A DNA stretch of 64,000 nt from Alphaproteobacteria bacterium (lineage in GTDB: Bacteria > Pseudomonadota > Alphaproteobacteria > SHVV01). Positions 62,565 through 64,000 of the stretch are shown here, one piece after another. The stretch is taken from positions 4,160,001 through 4,224,000 of the forward strand of contig OZ253470.1 in assembly GCA_965261735.1 (NCBI GenBank). Reading direction: 5' to 3'. The notes below the pieces were generated by a model. It ran no database searches. It was not told the origin of the DNA and was given only the letters and a program-made list of their open reading frames with translations. Numbering within the stretch: position 1 is the stretch's first letter; every line of letters begins with the position of its first letter. The position numbers were made by a program, and so were the translations under genes.

Positions 62565-63310
62565 GCCGGGCCCGCGACCGCCTCCCTGGAGGCGGGGGCC
62601 GATGCACCGGCCTGTGCCGCGGGGCGCCGCAACAGCGCGGTCATCTGGGCGAGGATAGAGACCGCGATCTCGGCCGGCGAGCGGGCCCCGAGGTCGAGCC
62701 CGATGGGGCCGTGGACGCGCGCCGTCGCGACCTCGTCGAAGCCCTCGCGAGCCAGGCGCGCGAGTCGCGAGGCGTGCGTCTTACGGCTGCCGAGGGCGCC
62801 GATGTAGAAGGCAGGGGAACGCAACGCCATCGCCAGCGCCGGGTCGTCTATCTTGGGGTCGTGGGTGAGCGTGGCCACGGCGGTGCGGTGATCGGGGGCG
62901 AGATCGCGGAGTGCGTCGTCGGGCCAGTCGTCGAGCAGGGTGACGCCGGGGAAGCGCTCTTCGCTGGCGAACGCCCGCCGCGGATCGACGATGACCACAT
63001 CGTAGCCGGTGAGCACCGCCATACGGGCGAGCGGCTGCGCGATGTGCACCGCACCGACGATAAGTAGGCGCAGCGGCGGATTGAACGCGTTCAGAAACAT
63101 CCGCCCCTCGGGCAACTCGATACTCGAGCATCGGTCCTCGTGCACGGACGAGGCGATAGCCCGGGCAAGGGCCGGCGGCAGTGCGGCGAGGCTCGCTTCA
63201 TCGGAGGGATGAACGAGCCGCGCCTCGCCATTGTCGAGGTTCGTCACCAGAACGACCGCGCGCTTGGCGGCGCGGTCGGCGACGAGCTGATCCAGGAGGG
63301 CCCGCTTCAT
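62561..63310 (-). CDS. xdhC: XdhC family protein, C-terminal (Rossmann) part
   Basis: IVGAVHIA, LTHDPKIDD, YIGALGSRKT, GPIGLDLGARSPAEIA. Confidence 0.9.
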   Translation of the reverse strand: MKRALLDQLVADRAAKRAVVLVTNLDNGEARLVHPSDEASLAALPPALARAIASSVHEDRCSSIELPEGRMFLNAFNPPLRLLIVGAVHIAQPLARMAVLTGYDVVIVDPRRAFASEERFPGVTLLDDWPDDALRDLAPDHRTAVATLTHDPKIDDPALAMALRSPAFYIGALGSRKTHASRLARLAREGFDEVATARVHGPIGLDLGARSPAEIAVSILAQMTALLRRPAAQAGASAPASREAVAGPA

Positions 63311-63633
63311 TCGATGCGCTCGACATACACTTCGACCCGACCCCCGCACGCCAAGCCCACCTCCCAGGCACGCGAGTTGCTCACGCCGAACGCGAGCAGG
63401 CGGGGTTCACCGCCGGTGATGACGTCGAGTGCCTCATGGACCACCGCGCCCTCGATGCAGCCGCCGGACACAGAGCCCACGAACGAGCCCGTCTCATCGA
63501 CCGCGAGCTGGCTGCCGACGGGCCGCGGCGAGGAGCCCCATGTGCTGACGACGGTGGCCAAGGCCACGCCCTTGTCCGCGGCCCTCCAGGCGGCCGCCGC
63601 TTCGAGGATGTCTTCGCCTGCCACGTCGGTCAT
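63307..63633 (-). CDS. XdhC/CoxI family protein, N-terminal part
   Basis: ATVVSTWGSSPR, GSVSGGCIE, VGLACGG. Confidence 0.9.
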   Translation of the reverse strand: MTDVAGEDILEAAAAWRAADKGVALATVVSTWGSSPRPVGSQLAVDETGSFVGSVSGGCIEGAVVHEALDVITGGEPRLLAFGVSNSRAWEVGLACGGRVEVYVERIE

Positions 63634-64000
63634 GCCGGTACCCCGACCAACGCGCCCGGCGTTGCCGCATCGGCCGGTAGGAACGCCTCCACCCCACGGT
63701 CTCGCTCGCGCTCCGACGCCAATGCGTCCGCGAGGTCGGTGAGGCTCGCGAGATTGTGCACCGGCCGGAAATCGTCGACGTGGCAAATCATGGCACGGAT
63801 GCCCGAGGCGCGGGCCTCGAAGGCATCGTAACGCAGCAGCGGATTGAGCCAGATGAGGCGCCGGCAGGACTTGTGCAGGCGCTCGATCTGGGCCTCGAGT
63901 CCGGCCCCCGCATCGCGGTCGAGCCCGTCCGACACCAACAAGACGAGCGCGCCCTGGCCGAGCACGCGCCGCGACCAGCGGTTGTTGAACTCCTCGAGGA
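63630..64000 (-). CDS. coxE: CoxE-like VWA protein (partial, runs off the window)
   Basis: VLLVSDGLD, RLIWLNPLL, VDDFRPVHNLASL. Confidence 0.85.
   Translation of the reverse strand, partial: LEEFNNRWSRRVLGQGALVLLVSDGLDRDAGAGLEAQIERLHKSCRRLIWLNPLLRYDAFEARASGIRAMICHVDDFRPVHNLASLTDLADALASERERDRGVEAFLPADAATPGALVGVPA

Overview
High-GC DNA whose gene set and regulatory motifs point to an alphaproteobacterium (GAAC-N7-GAAY LexA box, sigma-54 flagellin promoter, TRAP, cox/xdh accessory genes), possibly host-associated. 1-17.2 kb is a decaying defence/mobile island: truncated WYL regulator, GIY-YIG relic, ankyrin protein, IS6-truncated hsdM, nonsense-interrupted GmrSD, hsdS, DUF3696 ATPase plus partner, and an IS21 whose end is interrupted by an IS1111-type IS110 with readable guide sequences. 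17.3-40.7 kb mixes housekeeping genes (rhlE-like, umuDC, dctP, HDAC, HMG-CoA lyase, Sel1) with more IS elements and an ~8 kb relic island ending in a truncated flagellin. The standout is an ~13 kb minus-strand operon (40783-53885) with FIVE paralogous heme-oxygenase-like dimetal (CADD/PqqC/TenA-fold) proteins carrying an unusual HNHNYH motif, interleaved with a VOC dioxygenase-like protein, two meta-cleavage-type hydrolases, a TcuA-like flavoprotein and an SsuA/NMT1-type ABC importer. Downstream lie a probable unannotated CxxU selenoprotein (AhpD-like, in-frame UGA at 56658-56660) and a SufS/SufU-MocA-XdhC-CoxE cluster. No rRNA, tRNA or CRISPR array was seen. All family calls come from motif recognition by eye; no searches were run.
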